Notes: a model not told the origin generated them from the sequence alone. Shown: positions 41,539 to 51,727, counted from the first letter of the stretch. The stretch: DNA of 64,000 nucleotides from Nitrospirota bacterium (GCA_963737155.1 CAVTRN010000002.1:2368001-2432000); one strand, 5' to 3'. A program made the numbers and translations.

Positions 41539-42777
41539 CTATTTGCCGTCTGCTATCCTTAATCGTCTGATTCTCTCTGGAACAGGAGGGTGCGAGTAGT
41601 AGAATTTTGCATAGAATGGATGAGGGTGGAGATTGGAAAGGTTCTCGCTCGAAAGTTTAATCAACGCGGACGCCAAGGCTTCGGGTTGGCCGGTCAAATC
41701 GGACGCGAACCTGTCTGCCTCGTTTTCATTCCTGCGTGATATGAAACTGAACAGTGGCGTAAGCGGAAACATAACCAGGGAACCGATAAAACCGGTAACA
41801 ACAACCCGCGCATAGAATGATGCTGCGGATAAATGAACCAGTTGCGGCAACCCATTCCAGGAAACGAGATGAAAGCCCAGAAAGAGACCGCAAAATGCCA
41901 GGGCTTCAGTCAAGACGATGCTCTTCAGCACATGTCTTTTTTTCCAGTGACCAACCTCATGAGCGAGTACCGCAAGGATTTCGTCTTGCGACATCTGTTC
42001 AATAAGCGTATCAAAAAGGACGATGCGTTTTACTTTACCGATGCCGGTAAAGTAAGCATTTGAATGACGGCTCCTGCGTGAGGCATCAACCTGAAAAACG
42101 CTACTGACCTTGAGACCTGCCCGTTCCATGAGCTTGCGAACTTTTTCCTCCAGACCTTCGGCTTTAACCGGCCCAAATTTGAAAAAAAGCGGCTCGATCA
42201 CATAAGGAGCGAGGTACATAATGAAAATACCGAAGACAAGGAAAAATGCCCAGACCCAGAGCCACCACCAATGAGGGCTGGCACTCACGATTGCCAATGC
42301 GACACCGACAACAATGCATCCTAAAACCGAGGAAAGCAGAATCGTTTTAATGAAATCGGTGAGCCACAAACGGAAGGTCATGGTATTGAAACCGTATTTG
42401 TTTTCAATTTTGAAGTTTTTGTAGAGGCTGAAGGGTATATCTAGAAACGTCTCAGCATAGAGCAAGAATAAAAAGAAAAAAAGACCTTCTATGATCAAAG
42501 AACCAGAAAGGGATGATATCCAGCGGTCATAAATTCCGAGGAAACCCCCAAAAAGAAAAAAGAACATTATGACGTTCCCGAATAGAGACTCTACAATACC
42601 TGCCCTGCTGTTTTCCACAGTATAAGTCGTTATTTTCCGCAAGCGCTCGGGGTCAATAACGTCCGAAAATTCGGGCGGTATGGACTGACCATGTGCTTTC
42701 AGATAGGCAAGATTTAATGAAAGAAGCCAGTAGCGAAATGCGAGAATGACGACATAAAAAATAATAAGGGCAAGCAT
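41539..42777 (-). CDS. M48 (Ste24-like) membrane zinc metalloprotease
   Basis: Multiple TM helices, NAYFTG, LFDTL, AHEVGH, ENEAD, YSHPP..RI. Confidence 0.94.
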   Translation of the reverse strand: MLALIIFYVVILAFRYWLLSLNLAYLKAHGQSIPPEFSDVIDPERLRKITTYTVENSRAGIVESLFGNVIMFFFLFGGFLGIYDRWISSLSGSLIIEGLFFFLFLLYAETFLDIPFSLYKNFKIENKYGFNTMTFRLWLTDFIKTILLSSVLGCIVVGVALAIVSASPHWWWLWVWAFFLVFGIFIMYLAPYVIEPLFFKFGPVKAEGLEEKVRKLMERAGLKVSSVFQVDASRRSRHSNAYFTGIGKVKRIVLFDTLIEQMSQDEILAVLAHEVGHWKKRHVLKSIVLTEALAFCGLFLGFHLVSWNGLPQLVHLSAASFYARVVVTGFIGSLVMFPLTPLFSFISRRNENEADRFASDLTGQPEALASALIKLSSENLSNLHPHPFYAKFYYSHPPVPERIRRLRIADGK

Positions 42778-42869
42778 GGGCTCATCATACCGGTAAACGA
42801 TTACGGGGTCAAGAAGTACTGTGTTTATTTCGGATGGTGAACGGTGAGCTTATAAAAGGGGTAATAGTG

Positions 42870-42930
42870 AAAAAGGCGTCTCGAATATCGTGGACAAATT
42901 TTTGTCTCGTAGCTGTATCGAGACGCCTTT
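42870..42930 (-). terminator. Long hairpin with U-tract closing the candidate ncRNA
   Basis: 13-bp perfect stem AAAGGCGTCTCGA / TCGAGACGCCTTT with an inner GACAAA/TTTGTC stem, ending in U5 on the minus strand. Confidence 0.75.
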
Positions 42931-42932
42931 AT

Positions 42933-43101
42933 GACTGTACTGTCAGTTCTTTGGTGTTTATCCTGATGTTCGTACGAACGCCAACCATCGATTATCTCGT
43001 GCTGTTGATCTGTGACTGCGGCTAAATCAACGCTGGGGGGGAAGAAGTTGCCGCAGCAGTCTTGTTCCTGAATTCGATGGTATGTAACCAACAGTACAGT
43101 C
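42933..43101 (-). ncRNA. Candidate stand-alone structured non-coding RNA (~169 nt), family not recognised
   Basis: 16-bp closing stem with two G-U pairs on the minus strand, inner ACCAUCGA/UCGAUGGU stem, possible pseudoknot, own promoter and terminator. Confidence 0.7.
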
Positions 43102-43108
43102 TTATTTA

Positions 43109-43136
43109 AGCTTAGCAGTTAATAGCAACCCGTCAA
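43109..43136 (-). promoter_or_regulatory. Sigma70-type promoter of the candidate ncRNA
   Basis: TTGACG-N16-TAAGCT with TG extension (TGCTAAGCT). Predicted start site ~43102 coincides with the 5' end of the closing stem. Confidence 0.65.
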
Positions 43137-43172
43137 TACGACAAAAGTTGCATTTTATGGAGTCGCATACGC

Positions 43173-43817
43173 CTAGGAATGCGACAGCAGGGCGATGGCT
43201 TTTGTCCTACTTTTAACATTCAGCTTCCTGTAAACACGGTACAGATGAGTCTTGACCGTTCTCTCACTGATAGCGTTGCTGTTCGCGATTTCCCTATTAG
43301 AAGCTCCCTGCAATACCATGGTCAGCACTTCCATTTCCCTGTTTGTAAGCGGGGTCAGGCCTGGAATCTGGGCTTGGACCGTTTCCGGAAGAAGCATGGG
43401 TTTGGATATGGCTTTTTCCAGAATTCTTCGCTCCGCCCAGATCTCACCGCTCTGAACTGCATGGAGAGCCTTGATCATGGTCACCGGAGTATCTGTCGTT
43501 TTGATGTACCCTCGTATCCCGCCCTTTATATCCGTAATGAGGTGCTCATCTGAAGTTGTTTTGCTGAGAAGATACATTACGCGCGTTTGAGGGGATTTTG
43601 TTTGTATTGACCGGATAAATCGCGACAGCGTATGCCCTTTCAGAATGTCTGGGTCTAAAATCAATAAATCAGGCGTCATAGAAAGTTGTTTAATCGCCGA
43701 TTCCCGCGAGGAAACTGTTGAAACTACTTCAATATCCGTTTCTTTATTAAACGCTGACAAAACAGCCTGCATTTCGGCCTGGTCATTTTCTGCTATCATA
43801 ATACGAATAGGCAACAC
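43173..43817 (-). CDS. NarL/LuxR-family response regulator
   Basis: Receiver domain (IAEND, LILD, GYIK) and LuxR HTH LTNREMEVL..SNREIA..ISERTVKTHL. Confidence 0.92.
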   Translation of the reverse strand: MLPIRIMIAENDQAEMQAVLSAFNKETDIEVVSTVSSRESAIKQLSMTPDLLILDPDILKGHTLSRFIRSIQTKSPQTRVMYLLSKTTSDEHLITDIKGGIRGYIKTTDTPVTMIKALHAVQSGEIWAERRILEKAISKPMLLPETVQAQIPGLTPLTNREMEVLTMVLQGASNREIANSNAISERTVKTHLYRVYRKLNVKSRTKAIALLSHS

Positions 43818-43967
43818 AGTAAGTACCTCCCTATCCTAAGATTGCCTTCTGCAAACTTTCTCTAATACTATTTTAAGAGCTGCCACAAGAGATGTCAAGG
43901 CGGGAGCGAAATAATTATTGTGGCATGATATGGCAGAAAAAGATATTTCAGCTTCTATATAATTGAT

Positions 43968-44648
43968 TTATAAGAGTTTAATGCAGTATTTCCGTAACAT
44001 CTCATCTAAAAGAGGGAGCGGAAGTCCGACAACGTTGTTATAGCATCCATCAATCCGGGCCACCAGAAGCGCTCCTTTTCCCTGGATGCCATAGGCACCT
44101 GCTTTATCCATCGGTTCTCCAGATAGAACATACTTTTGAACTTCATCCTCATCGAGATTTCGAAACCAGACCTTGGTTGTCGATGTTTTGCATGATACCA
44201 TCCCGGTAGCCGCGTTCATGACCACTAACCCAGTAATAACTCTGTGCATCTTCCCCGAGAGCATCTTGAGCATGCGCTTGGCATCATGGGAGTCGGCAGG
44301 CTTCCCAAGAATAATATTCTTGAAAACTACGATGGTATCTGCTGCAATGACGATTCCCTCACCCGCTTTTTTTGCCGAGACCCTGGCTTTATCAAGAGAT
44401 ACCCTAATCGCATACGCTTCAGGCAATTCTCCAGACAAAATGCTTTCATCCACATCGGCGGGATCTACTGTAAAATCAATACCGATCTGGCGTAAAAGAT
44501 CCCTGCGTCGCGGCGAACCGGAGGCAAGTATGATTGAAGACGTCTTTTTAGTCGTTGCCAGTATAATAGCGATTGCCCCCTGGGAGTCGGCACCTCGAAT
44601 TTTTCGAAGCTGCTGCCGAAAAATACACGATATACCCCATATCAGCAC
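43968..44648 (-). CDS. maf: Maf-family nucleoside triphosphate pyrophosphatase (true start probably further downstream)
   Basis: IILASGSPRR, AADTIV, LGKP, DKAGAYGIQG, NVVGLP. Confidence 0.93.
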   Translation of the reverse strand: MLIWGISCIFRQQLRKIRGADSQGAIAIILATTKKTSSIILASGSPRRRDLLRQIGIDFTVDPADVDESILSGELPEAYAIRVSLDKARVSAKKAGEGIVIAADTIVVFKNIILGKPADSHDAKRMLKMLSGKMHRVITGLVVMNAATGMVSCKTSTTKVWFRNLDEDEVQKYVLSGEPMDKAGAYGIQGKGALLVARIDGCYNNVVGLPLPLLDEMLRKYCIKLL

Positions 44649-44758
44649 GCAATGATAAGGATCTTGCTGCAGACCGAGGAAATCATTGCTTACTTATTTT
44701 TCTATAATTGCATTAATATCTTTGGTGCCTTAATGCTGGCGAGGGTTGTTCCATTGGC

Positions 44759-45517
44759 CTACGGTGATGTGTTTTGTAAAGCAGTCAATCTGGTTAGCCA
44801 AGGCACTTTTTTTATCAATACATATGAATTATCATCCCACTTGTATATGGATGCTGATTGCCATATGAATCTTCGACCCTTATCAACAACGCTTCGAATG
44901 CTGCCTTTCGTTTTAGCATCAACCTCAAAGCAGCGGCCCCAGATTAAAATGTCTGCCACACCGTCGTTATCTAGATTGGCGATTTCAGGAAGTGCTTTCG
45001 ATCCCGTCATGAGGGCAACCTTCAGCGTTTTTCCGACTACTGCAAAAATGACGATATGATACACATTACTACCGTTCCAAACTGTTAGGAGGCGTCCGCC
45101 TGGTTCTTCCATTGAATAAGATGATGAAAACCGATCCATCGTTTCATATTCGTATTTCGGAATTAATTTAGCTCCAGCCTCTTTGTAAAAACGAAGATGT
45201 CTGCTTGGCATCCAGTGGCCACTGAAAAATTTACGACCATCAGTAGTTATGCACAAAAGTTCCTCATCGTTCACGTCCCATCTGGTCATGCCAAGAATAG
45301 TTTCATTTTTCGAAATATCTGCAATAGTGGTTTCTATGGTATGCTGCACAGGCATAAATATGCCGAAATCTGCATCATCGTCATCTGCTGCAGCCGCACA
45401 TGAGTTGGTTGTCCTGTAAAAGATGGTAGCACTGATCATACCCAGCAAACAAATAATAAAATAAAGCACCTTTCTATTCAGGAAGAACCCTAGCCTGCTT
45501 TCTGTTACAGAGTTCAT
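44759..45517 (-). CDS. Hypothetical exported protein with an FG-GAP-like motif
   Basis: N-terminal hydrophobic segment and ANLDNDGVADIL; last gene of the pilus-associated run. Confidence 0.6.
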   Translation of the reverse strand: MNSVTESRLGFFLNRKVLYFIICLLGMISATIFYRTTNSCAAAADDDDADFGIFMPVQHTIETTIADISKNETILGMTRWDVNDEELLCITTDGRKFFSGHWMPSRHLRFYKEAGAKLIPKYEYETMDRFSSSYSMEEPGGRLLTVWNGSNVYHIVIFAVVGKTLKVALMTGSKALPEIANLDNDGVADILIWGRCFEVDAKTKGSIRSVVDKGRRFIWQSASIYKWDDNSYVLIKKVPWLTRLTALQNTSP

Positions 45518-46250
45518 CGGTTTTCCCCTTCTTGCGCTTTACTTCCAAATTGAAGTTTTAACGGCAACGATAGGATCATTTCCGCATTATCGCTGTCTTT
45601 GACAGATATTGATATGGTGTGCATTCCAGCGTCTTCCGATTGGAAATCCCACATTATCTCACCTGTTCTTTGATTTACCGTCATTCCCTTTGGTCCTTCT
45701 AAAAGCGTATACGTAAGTGGGTCTCCGTCCGGATCTGGGCTTGGATCTTACCGGAATAATGATTGCCGCTGATAGTTACATCAGCGAGTGTTGGGCTCAC
45801 TACTGGTGGAGAGTTGCCGATTACCGTCATCTGGGTTAATGTCATTCCCTGAATCCCGTCAACCTCTGGGGTTATGGCTACGACGACTTTGTCGCTTTTC
45901 ACGAAGGGCACTTTCAAGTTCGGTCCATTTTCCGCATATAAAATATTCCCATTCACGCTCCATTGGTATCGAAAAGTAACGGGGGAATCACTGTTCGTTT
46001 CGGCTACGACTTCTACATGGAGTTCGTCTCCTTTTCGTGGTAAGGCCGGCAATAATTTTAGGTTTACAATCCTTGGTGGTTTTACAGCCACCTTTGATTT
46101 ACCCTCATCGTCCTGTAAGGATGACACCTGCGATGTAACTGGTTGTGGAGCCAACTTCATCCCGGCTTTGTCGGAATTTTCACAGGCGTGAAATAAAGCG
46201 ACACAGACGAAAGCGATACCTAAAAAGATTGCTAACGGACGATAACCCAT
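45514..46250 (-). pseudogene. Lipoprotein with Ig/cadherin-like domains, frameshifted near 45738
   Basis: Lipobox-like FHAC, YQWSVNG, NSPP. The adjacent frame continues DPDGDPLTYTLLEGPKGMTVNQRTGEIMW... to a TGA overlapping the next ATG. Confidence 0.8.
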
Positions 46251-46912
46251 GCCTCAGCTCCTTGCGGCCATTTACATACGGTGATAAGACCGGCTGCATT
46301 CATATTGACAGCAAAGGTGTCAATATTGTTAGTGAGATATACCGTCCCCCCTACCAGTGACGAGTTACCATTGTCAGGCAAAGGGAACCCATTGGAATCT
46401 ATTTCCACACATGGCCATGCGCCACCGCAGTTTGGTGGGACACCGTTCCCGCCGGGCTGTCCACCGTTGTTACCGAAAGCAGCACCTGATGTATTATTGT
46501 TCCAACATGCATTTTTCGTAACACTAACACCTGTAGCAGTTCCAAATATTACGGAATCAGGCAACACCATGGTGTTGCCGACCTGTGTAGCCTCGCCAGC
46601 ATCCCTTACTCCATTGCCGTTCAAGTCTTCATATGTATATGTTTGGTATGAGTTGGCACTGTTGAAAACCACAAAGACGCTACTCCGTACCAGCACACCG
46701 TTAACCATATCACCCCCACCCGCGCGAATTGATGCATTCTGTGCTGTTTTGAGGTCCGCTTCCAGTTGTTTTGCCGCCTGCTGCACAATATTGCTCGACC
46801 GGAGTGTTTTGAACACAACCGGGAACGCGATAGCGGTTATGATACTTGCTATCCCGATAACGACAAGCAACTCGACCAATGTGAAACCTGCATAATCCGG
46901 GTTTCGTGCCAT
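46232..46912 (-). CDS. Type IV minor pilin, FimT/FimU (GspH)-like
   Basis: Class III signal AG|FTLVELLVVIGI. Confidence 0.88.
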   Translation of the reverse strand: MARNPDYAGFTLVELLVVIGIASIITAIAFPVVFKTLRSSNIVQQAAKQLEADLKTAQNASIRAGGGDMVNGVLVRSSVFVVFNSANSYQTYTYEDLNGNGVRDAGEATQVGNTMVLPDSVIFGTATGVSVTKNACWNNNTSGAAFGNNGGQPGGNGVPPNCGGAWPCVEIDSNGFPLPDNGNSSLVGGTVYLTNNIDTFAVNMNAAGLITVCKWPQGAEAWVIVR

Positions 46913-46914
46913 AC

Positions 46915-49900
46915 TTACAATTTCCTCCACCAAAGTGTCTTCACCGGGTTTGTTGGTGTAATGTTTGATGTAAAGCTCGTGCTTGAGCTTGACCCGACTT
47001 GGATAACCTGCCCATTAAAAAGCTGGAGGGTTACGTGATTGTTTTCTACTGCAATATTGCCCAACACAGCACTGCTCAGACTAATGGGATTAATAGTAGC
47101 TCCTGAACTAGTCTTAGCCAATTGTCCAGTCGCCAAACTCAGGACCAAGAACCTTCCAGTACTGGTTGACACTACCGTGTTGGGGGCACCCACATCGGTA
47201 AATCCGCTGGCTGTGCCGACATAGACATAGCCGTTCGCGTCAATCACAGGAGTACTCCAAACCTTCTCTCCAGGATTCAGGGCAAAAGCAGGATTCCAGA
47301 GATCCGTGATATTGCCCAAGTTATCGATGCTGACAGCGAAGAGATGATATGTGTAGGTGCTTTCATCATACAGACTATCCCTGCCACCCGTACCGAACAC
47401 GATGTCATGATCGTATATCGCCACCGGAACGCCGATTGGCTCATTCGCTCCAGCCCCCACGGTAAATGCTGGCCCTCCTCCAGACACCACGCTCTTACCG
47501 GTAAGCGCATTTAATATCCAGAGTCTTCCCTCCAAATCCCCAAAAATTACGTAATTATCCGTGCCGTTATTACCATAATCCATTAATGCTGGCAGCGGCG
47601 GGGTATCATTGACTCCTTCTGCATTACCGTCATACAATATTTTCGTTTCCCACTCCAGGTTGCCGTTGAAAAAGTTCAGAGCGAACACGCTCAATCCCCA
47701 GACCGGTTGCGGCGAGCTGGTTGTGCCGATGTTCACCTGGCGGATCCATTGTGATGTGAGAAACACATAGGTGTTAAGTGTGGTGCCGACCTGTACTTGC
47801 CCAATCGAAGTGCTCTGAGCGTTGCCCATGTTAGGATCAAATGTCTGCGTCGTATCAGTCGTTATATAGCTCGCGGGGAATCCCCCTGTTGGATAATAAT
47901 TTAACAACGCCGTGTTTGTCGAAGCGCTGATGAGGTTTTGATAGCTCCTCTCCCACAAAACCTGCGGATTATACGGATTGGACACATCAAGAGCGAAAAC
48001 AATGCCCTGGTCCACAACTTGGCTAGTGCTGCCCGGTACCATGATTTTGGCTGTTCCCGTGACAATTGTTCTCCACTGCTTTGGGGTAGTCGGGTTCCCG
48101 TCTGGTGAAACGAAGAAATCACCTAGTGCCGGGGAACCGTCAACGGAGACCGCAACGGTAAAGACCGGACAAGGCGTGGTGCCTCCAGGGCTGCAGTTCG
48201 TGAACGTCTCGTTTTGTATCGACGAAAGGAGTCCCGACGGGATATACGCCCATATTTCCGCGCCCGTTCCGGTATTATAAGTACATGTGCCCCCAGTCAA
48301 CAATGTGCCTGACCCGGCGTAAAAAGCGTGCAGCATACCGTCATCAGCCCCGACAAAAAGGATCTGGTCCCTACATCCGTTTTTTGATCCATTAATATTA
48401 ACCGGAACCCCCTCATTGGCCGCTGTTACCAGGGGGCTATCAACCATTAATGCCGGTGTGGAATGCTCTATGCCTCCGAGCCGCTTGGTCATTTCACCTG
48501 TTCCTGAAATATTAGTTGAAGAAGCGTTATTTCGTCCTCTGACCGAGTTAATCAGAGCTTCTACCTGTGGCAATGTCATTGCGGCCGCCGGATCGAGATA
48601 GTGCCAGAGTTTGGTTGTATCCGTTTGTGTCGCGCCAACGTTTGTAATGTCAAAATTGACAATGGTGGTGCCGGTCAAGTTGGTAAAAATATATCTCGTG
48701 ACATTATCATTTGATGGTGACGGTGGGTCCTGCGACCCCGCAACCGGCATGGTAGTTGATTTGCCGGCGTCCCAGTTTTGGACTGCCGGATCATCCTGCA
48801 TGTTGATGGAATAGACATGACCTTTGTATCCCGGGTACTCAAAGTCGGCTCTGTAGAGGATGTTATTGTTCGAAATATCTCCTGCCTTGTCATACTCGTA
48901 GGGGATAAGCTGGAACTGCAGGCCTAGAAGCGTATTCAAAACGTACTTCATCCCGCAGGTGTTGGTTAGCGCCCAATTGATGGTGCACTGGGTAACTGCC
49001 TGCCCGAGAACAAGATCTAAAGGAAGGGGTGCGGTCGCAAGCGATATTCCAAGAATGGGCGCGGGGTTTTGGGTAAGCGTTTCGGAAGGAGAAAAGCTGT
49101 TGGCATGGGCTACACTGGATTGGCCACTCCACCCGCCGGACCAGATTTGGGTGGCATTATCATAAACGTATGTCATTTTCCCCCCGCCCGGGAAAGTGAC
49201 ATAAAAATCCGTAATTGTCGTGCTGGCTGTCGCGGAAATCTTTACATCATCAAGAATGTATTTTCCCGAAACAGTATGGAATAGAGCGCTGGTCAAATCC
49301 ACGGTGACTCCGCTTGAACTAGTGGTTTTATGCCCAGAACCCCCAATCGTATATGAAGCTGATGGACAAGTAGAACCGTGACTACACCCGGTGTAATCGG
49401 CTTCGACGGTGAATGTGCCCGATGCGATACTGTTACTAAAATAGAATTGGTTGGTTGAAACGATTGGAGTAACAACTTGCGGAGGGCAGGCCGCTGTGGA
49501 CTGAGAATCCGATGTACAGACCGTCGTCGGAGAAGAAGTTACATTCTTTACCGTCGTAAGTTCTGTTGTCCCGTTTCCGGGAAAATAAACGTTGAAGTAA
49601 TTAAGCGTATAAGTTTGAGATGTACTCAGGTTACTGATCGCCACGCCCGTGAGCGAGTTACTGGCGAAAGCCGCTTCTGACATATCGACTTTTATATTGC
49701 TGTCATGCCCGATAGTCCCTGCCGACTGGCCGATTACGTAAGAAGCTTTAGGACAGTTCCCTATCGCCCCGGTGGTGCATGATCCGTATTGAGCTTCAAC
49801 GGTTACCGTGTCGCCACTCGCAAGAGAAGCATTGAAATTAAATTGAAAATCCTTTAAGGAAAGAGGATTGCACGACGCTGTGCTTGGTTCATTAGGTGAG

Positions 49901-51657
49901 CAAACATTCGTATCCGGAGGGCTTACCTCGTCGGAGGTGTCCCACATATTTGTAAGAATCGTTGTTGTCGGGTTTTTATTGTAGGTTACATTGATTGCGG
50001 TAATGGTATTGCCCGCGGAAGGGCTGCTGTTCCCTACAATAACGTTTGTGAGAGCATAGTAGTTGACAGTGACACCGTCCGATTCGTAGACAGGTCCATA
50101 TTGGGCGGAATCCAAGTCAACGAATAATGTGCCATCCGTTCCATACGTTCCGGACATTGAAGTCAGATTGAAGTTTGCCTTCGGGCAGGTGCTCCCGGCT
50201 GTGCAGCCTGAATAGACGGCTTCTACGGTAACTGTGGTAGTGGAGACCAGGCCAGGCGTATTAAAATCGAATTCGAAACTTCTCTCAACAGGGGTCGCAG
50301 TCGTGCTGTTTGTGCATGCGGCATACTGATGGCCACCGAGATAAGCAACAAACCCCTGTGTGGGGCTGCCGTTTATCCTTCCACCCATGTAATAATTGAA
50401 TCCCAGGGGGGCATAGCCAGTGAGCGTTTCGTTATCAGGATCATGAATATACCGCTCAATAGTGGTGTTAAAGGTGTAAGACGGGGTGTACTGCTGGCTG
50501 GCACGTACGTTTTCGGTAAGGCCTGTGACGGGAACATAGTTCCATCCACCGCATTGGGAAAGAGGGTCGGTTACATGCTCATAAACAAGGTTATTCAGAT
50601 AAGTCTGCTCACTCCTCCCGCTAGTAGGCAAGTTCCCGCCATTTTCCTCTATCCTGCCATATTTGCCGGATAGCGTCGGGCTTGTCAGGAGTCCCTCTCC
50701 CGTGAGATAGTTTGACGCGACAGGGCCTGTTAGATCCTCATTGGGACAGACGTCCGCCAGATTGCCGTGAGCCGTGGTGCCTGGGCAGGTAGTGCCTCCC
50801 AGATCATATGAACGTTCGAGTGTTTGGATGGACGCACATTCAAAAAATCCTGCGTTGCCGCCCGTTATGAAATTATAAATATTATTGATCACTGCATGCT
50901 CTTCCGCCACAGAAATGCCATCCAAATCGATCTGCCAGTGAGGCGCCCAGAGAAGCTGGTAGTCGCCGAGAATGCCATTAGGATGTGTCGTACTGTACGG
51001 CGCGCCTGCGATATCGTCGTCCGACACGTAATCAAATATAGTGTACAACTCATTCGCGAGACCTGACGCAAAGAGGTAATTTGTCAGAATCTGAGTTGAA
51101 CCCTCTCCGAGAACCGCGACCGTTGGCGGCGTCCCGCTCAACACCTCGTTCACTTGAGCAGAAAAATCGTAATTGGACTGGTGAATCTTTACATTCGGGT
51201 ACTTTTTGAAAAGAGCCAGCATATTGGCATCAACGGTGTTGCCGTCCAGGACAAAGGGGCCACCTATATATTGGACTGTAGTAGCTGCACCGGAGTTGGC
51301 CAGAGAACTGTTTTGAATGGTAACGACGGGCAAACTGCCAGCTTTTGTGATGCTTACATCCACGCCCTCCGGTGTCGTTTTGCCCGGGTTAATAATCCAG
51401 TAAACAGGGTAGCCTGCCTGCAAGATGTCGTAGATTAGTCCGATGGCCTGGAACATGCCCTGGTCGTTTTTGTTCGGATCACAGCCAGCAGGCTGCGCCA
51501 TCATCTCAGGATCATTGTTGGGCTGCCAGCAGTTGTCCTGGGGAATGATATAGGAACCTGCCGGAAACGTCGTGGTAGCCGCATGCGCAAGCGTTGGTCC
51601 GGATACTACGCACAGCATGATCGTGAAACAGATGACATATTTAAAAGAATTTTTCAT
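46915..51657 (-). CDS. PilY1/PilC-like type IV pilus tip adhesin (1580 aa)
   Basis: Signal peptide (LAHA). C-terminal PilY1 beta-propeller motifs LGGIEHSTP, VGADDGMLHAF, EIWAYIP, VDGSP, FALDVSNP, GDLEGRLW, FGTGG. Confidence 0.9.
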   Translation of the reverse strand: MKNSFKYVICFTIMLCVVSGPTLAHAATTTFPAGSYIIPQDNCWQPNNDPEMMAQPAGCDPNKNDQGMFQAIGLIYDILQAGYPVYWIINPGKTTPEGVDVSITKAGSLPVVTIQNSSLANSGAATTVQYIGGPFVLDGNTVDANMLALFKKYPNVKIHQSNYDFSAQVNEVLSGTPPTVAVLGEGSTQILTNYLFASGLANELYTIFDYVSDDDIAGAPYSTTHPNGILGDYQLLWAPHWQIDLDGISVAEEHAVINNIYNFITGGNAGFFECASIQTLERSYDLGGTTCPGTTAHGNLADVCPNEDLTGPVASNYLTGEGLLTSPTLSGKYGRIEENGGNLPTSGRSEQTYLNNLVYEHVTDPLSQCGGWNYVPVTGLTENVRASQQYTPSYTFNTTIERYIHDPDNETLTGYAPLGFNYYMGGRINGSPTQGFVAYLGGHQYAACTNSTTATPVERSFEFDFNTPGLVSTTTVTVEAVYSGCTAGSTCPKANFNLTSMSGTYGTDGTLFVDLDSAQYGPVYESDGVTVNYYALTNVIVGNSSPSAGNTITAINVTYNKNPTTTILTNMWDTSDEVSPPDTNVCSPNEPSTASCNPLSLKDFQFNFNASLASGDTVTVEAQYGSCTTGAIGNCPKASYVIGQSAGTIGHDSNIKVDMSEAAFASNSLTGVAISNLSTSQTYTLNYFNVYFPGNGTTELTTVKNVTSSPTTVCTSDSQSTAACPPQVVTPIVSTNQFYFSNSIASGTFTVEADYTGCSHGSTCPSASYTIGGSGHKTTSSSGVTVDLTSALFHTVSGKYILDDVKISATASTTITDFYVTFPGGGKMTYVYDNATQIWSGGWSGQSSVAHANSFSPSETLTQNPAPILGISLATAPLPLDLVLGQAVTQCTINWALTNTCGMKYVLNTLLGLQFQLIPYEYDKAGDISNNNILYRADFEYPGYKGHVYSINMQDDPAVQNWDAGKSTTMPVAGSQDPPSPSNDNVTRYIFTNLTGTTIVNFDITNVGATQTDTTKLWHYLDPAAAMTLPQVEALINSVRGRNNASSTNISGTGEMTKRLGGIEHSTPALMVDSPLVTAANEGVPVNINGSKNGCRDQILFVGADDGMLHAFYAGSGTLLTGGTCTYNTGTGAEIWAYIPSGLLSSIQNETFTNCSPGGTTPCPVFTVAVSVDGSPALGDFFVSPDGNPTTPKQWRTIVTGTAKIMVPGSTSQVVDQGIVFALDVSNPYNPQVLWERSYQNLISASTNTALLNYYPTGGFPASYITTDTTQTFDPNMGNAQSTSIGQVQVGTTLNTYVFLTSQWIRQVNIGTTSSPQPVWGLSVFALNFFNGNLEWETKILYDGNAEGVNDTPPLPALMDYGNNGTDNYVIFGDLEGRLWILNALTGKSVVSGGGPAFTVGAGANEPIGVPVAIYDHDIVFGTGGRDSLYDESTYTYHLFAVSIDNLGNITDLWNPAFALNPGEKVWSTPVIDANGYVYVGTASGFTDVGAPNTVVSTSTGRFLVLSLATGQLAKTSSGATINPISLSSAVLGNIAVENNHVTLQLFNGQVIQVGSSSSTSFTSNITPTNPVKTLWWRKL

Positions 51658-51727
51658 TATACACCTCCGAGTTCCACGATGTCTTTTTTATGGCTCATTT
51701 AAAATACAAATGCAGAACTCAGCTCCG

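Noticed and set aside
42825-43091. 88-aa ORF (and the opposite-strand 63-aa ORF) over the candidate ncRNA
   Set aside because: No SD or recognisable motif, and it runs through the terminator. The extensive base pairing explains the region better.
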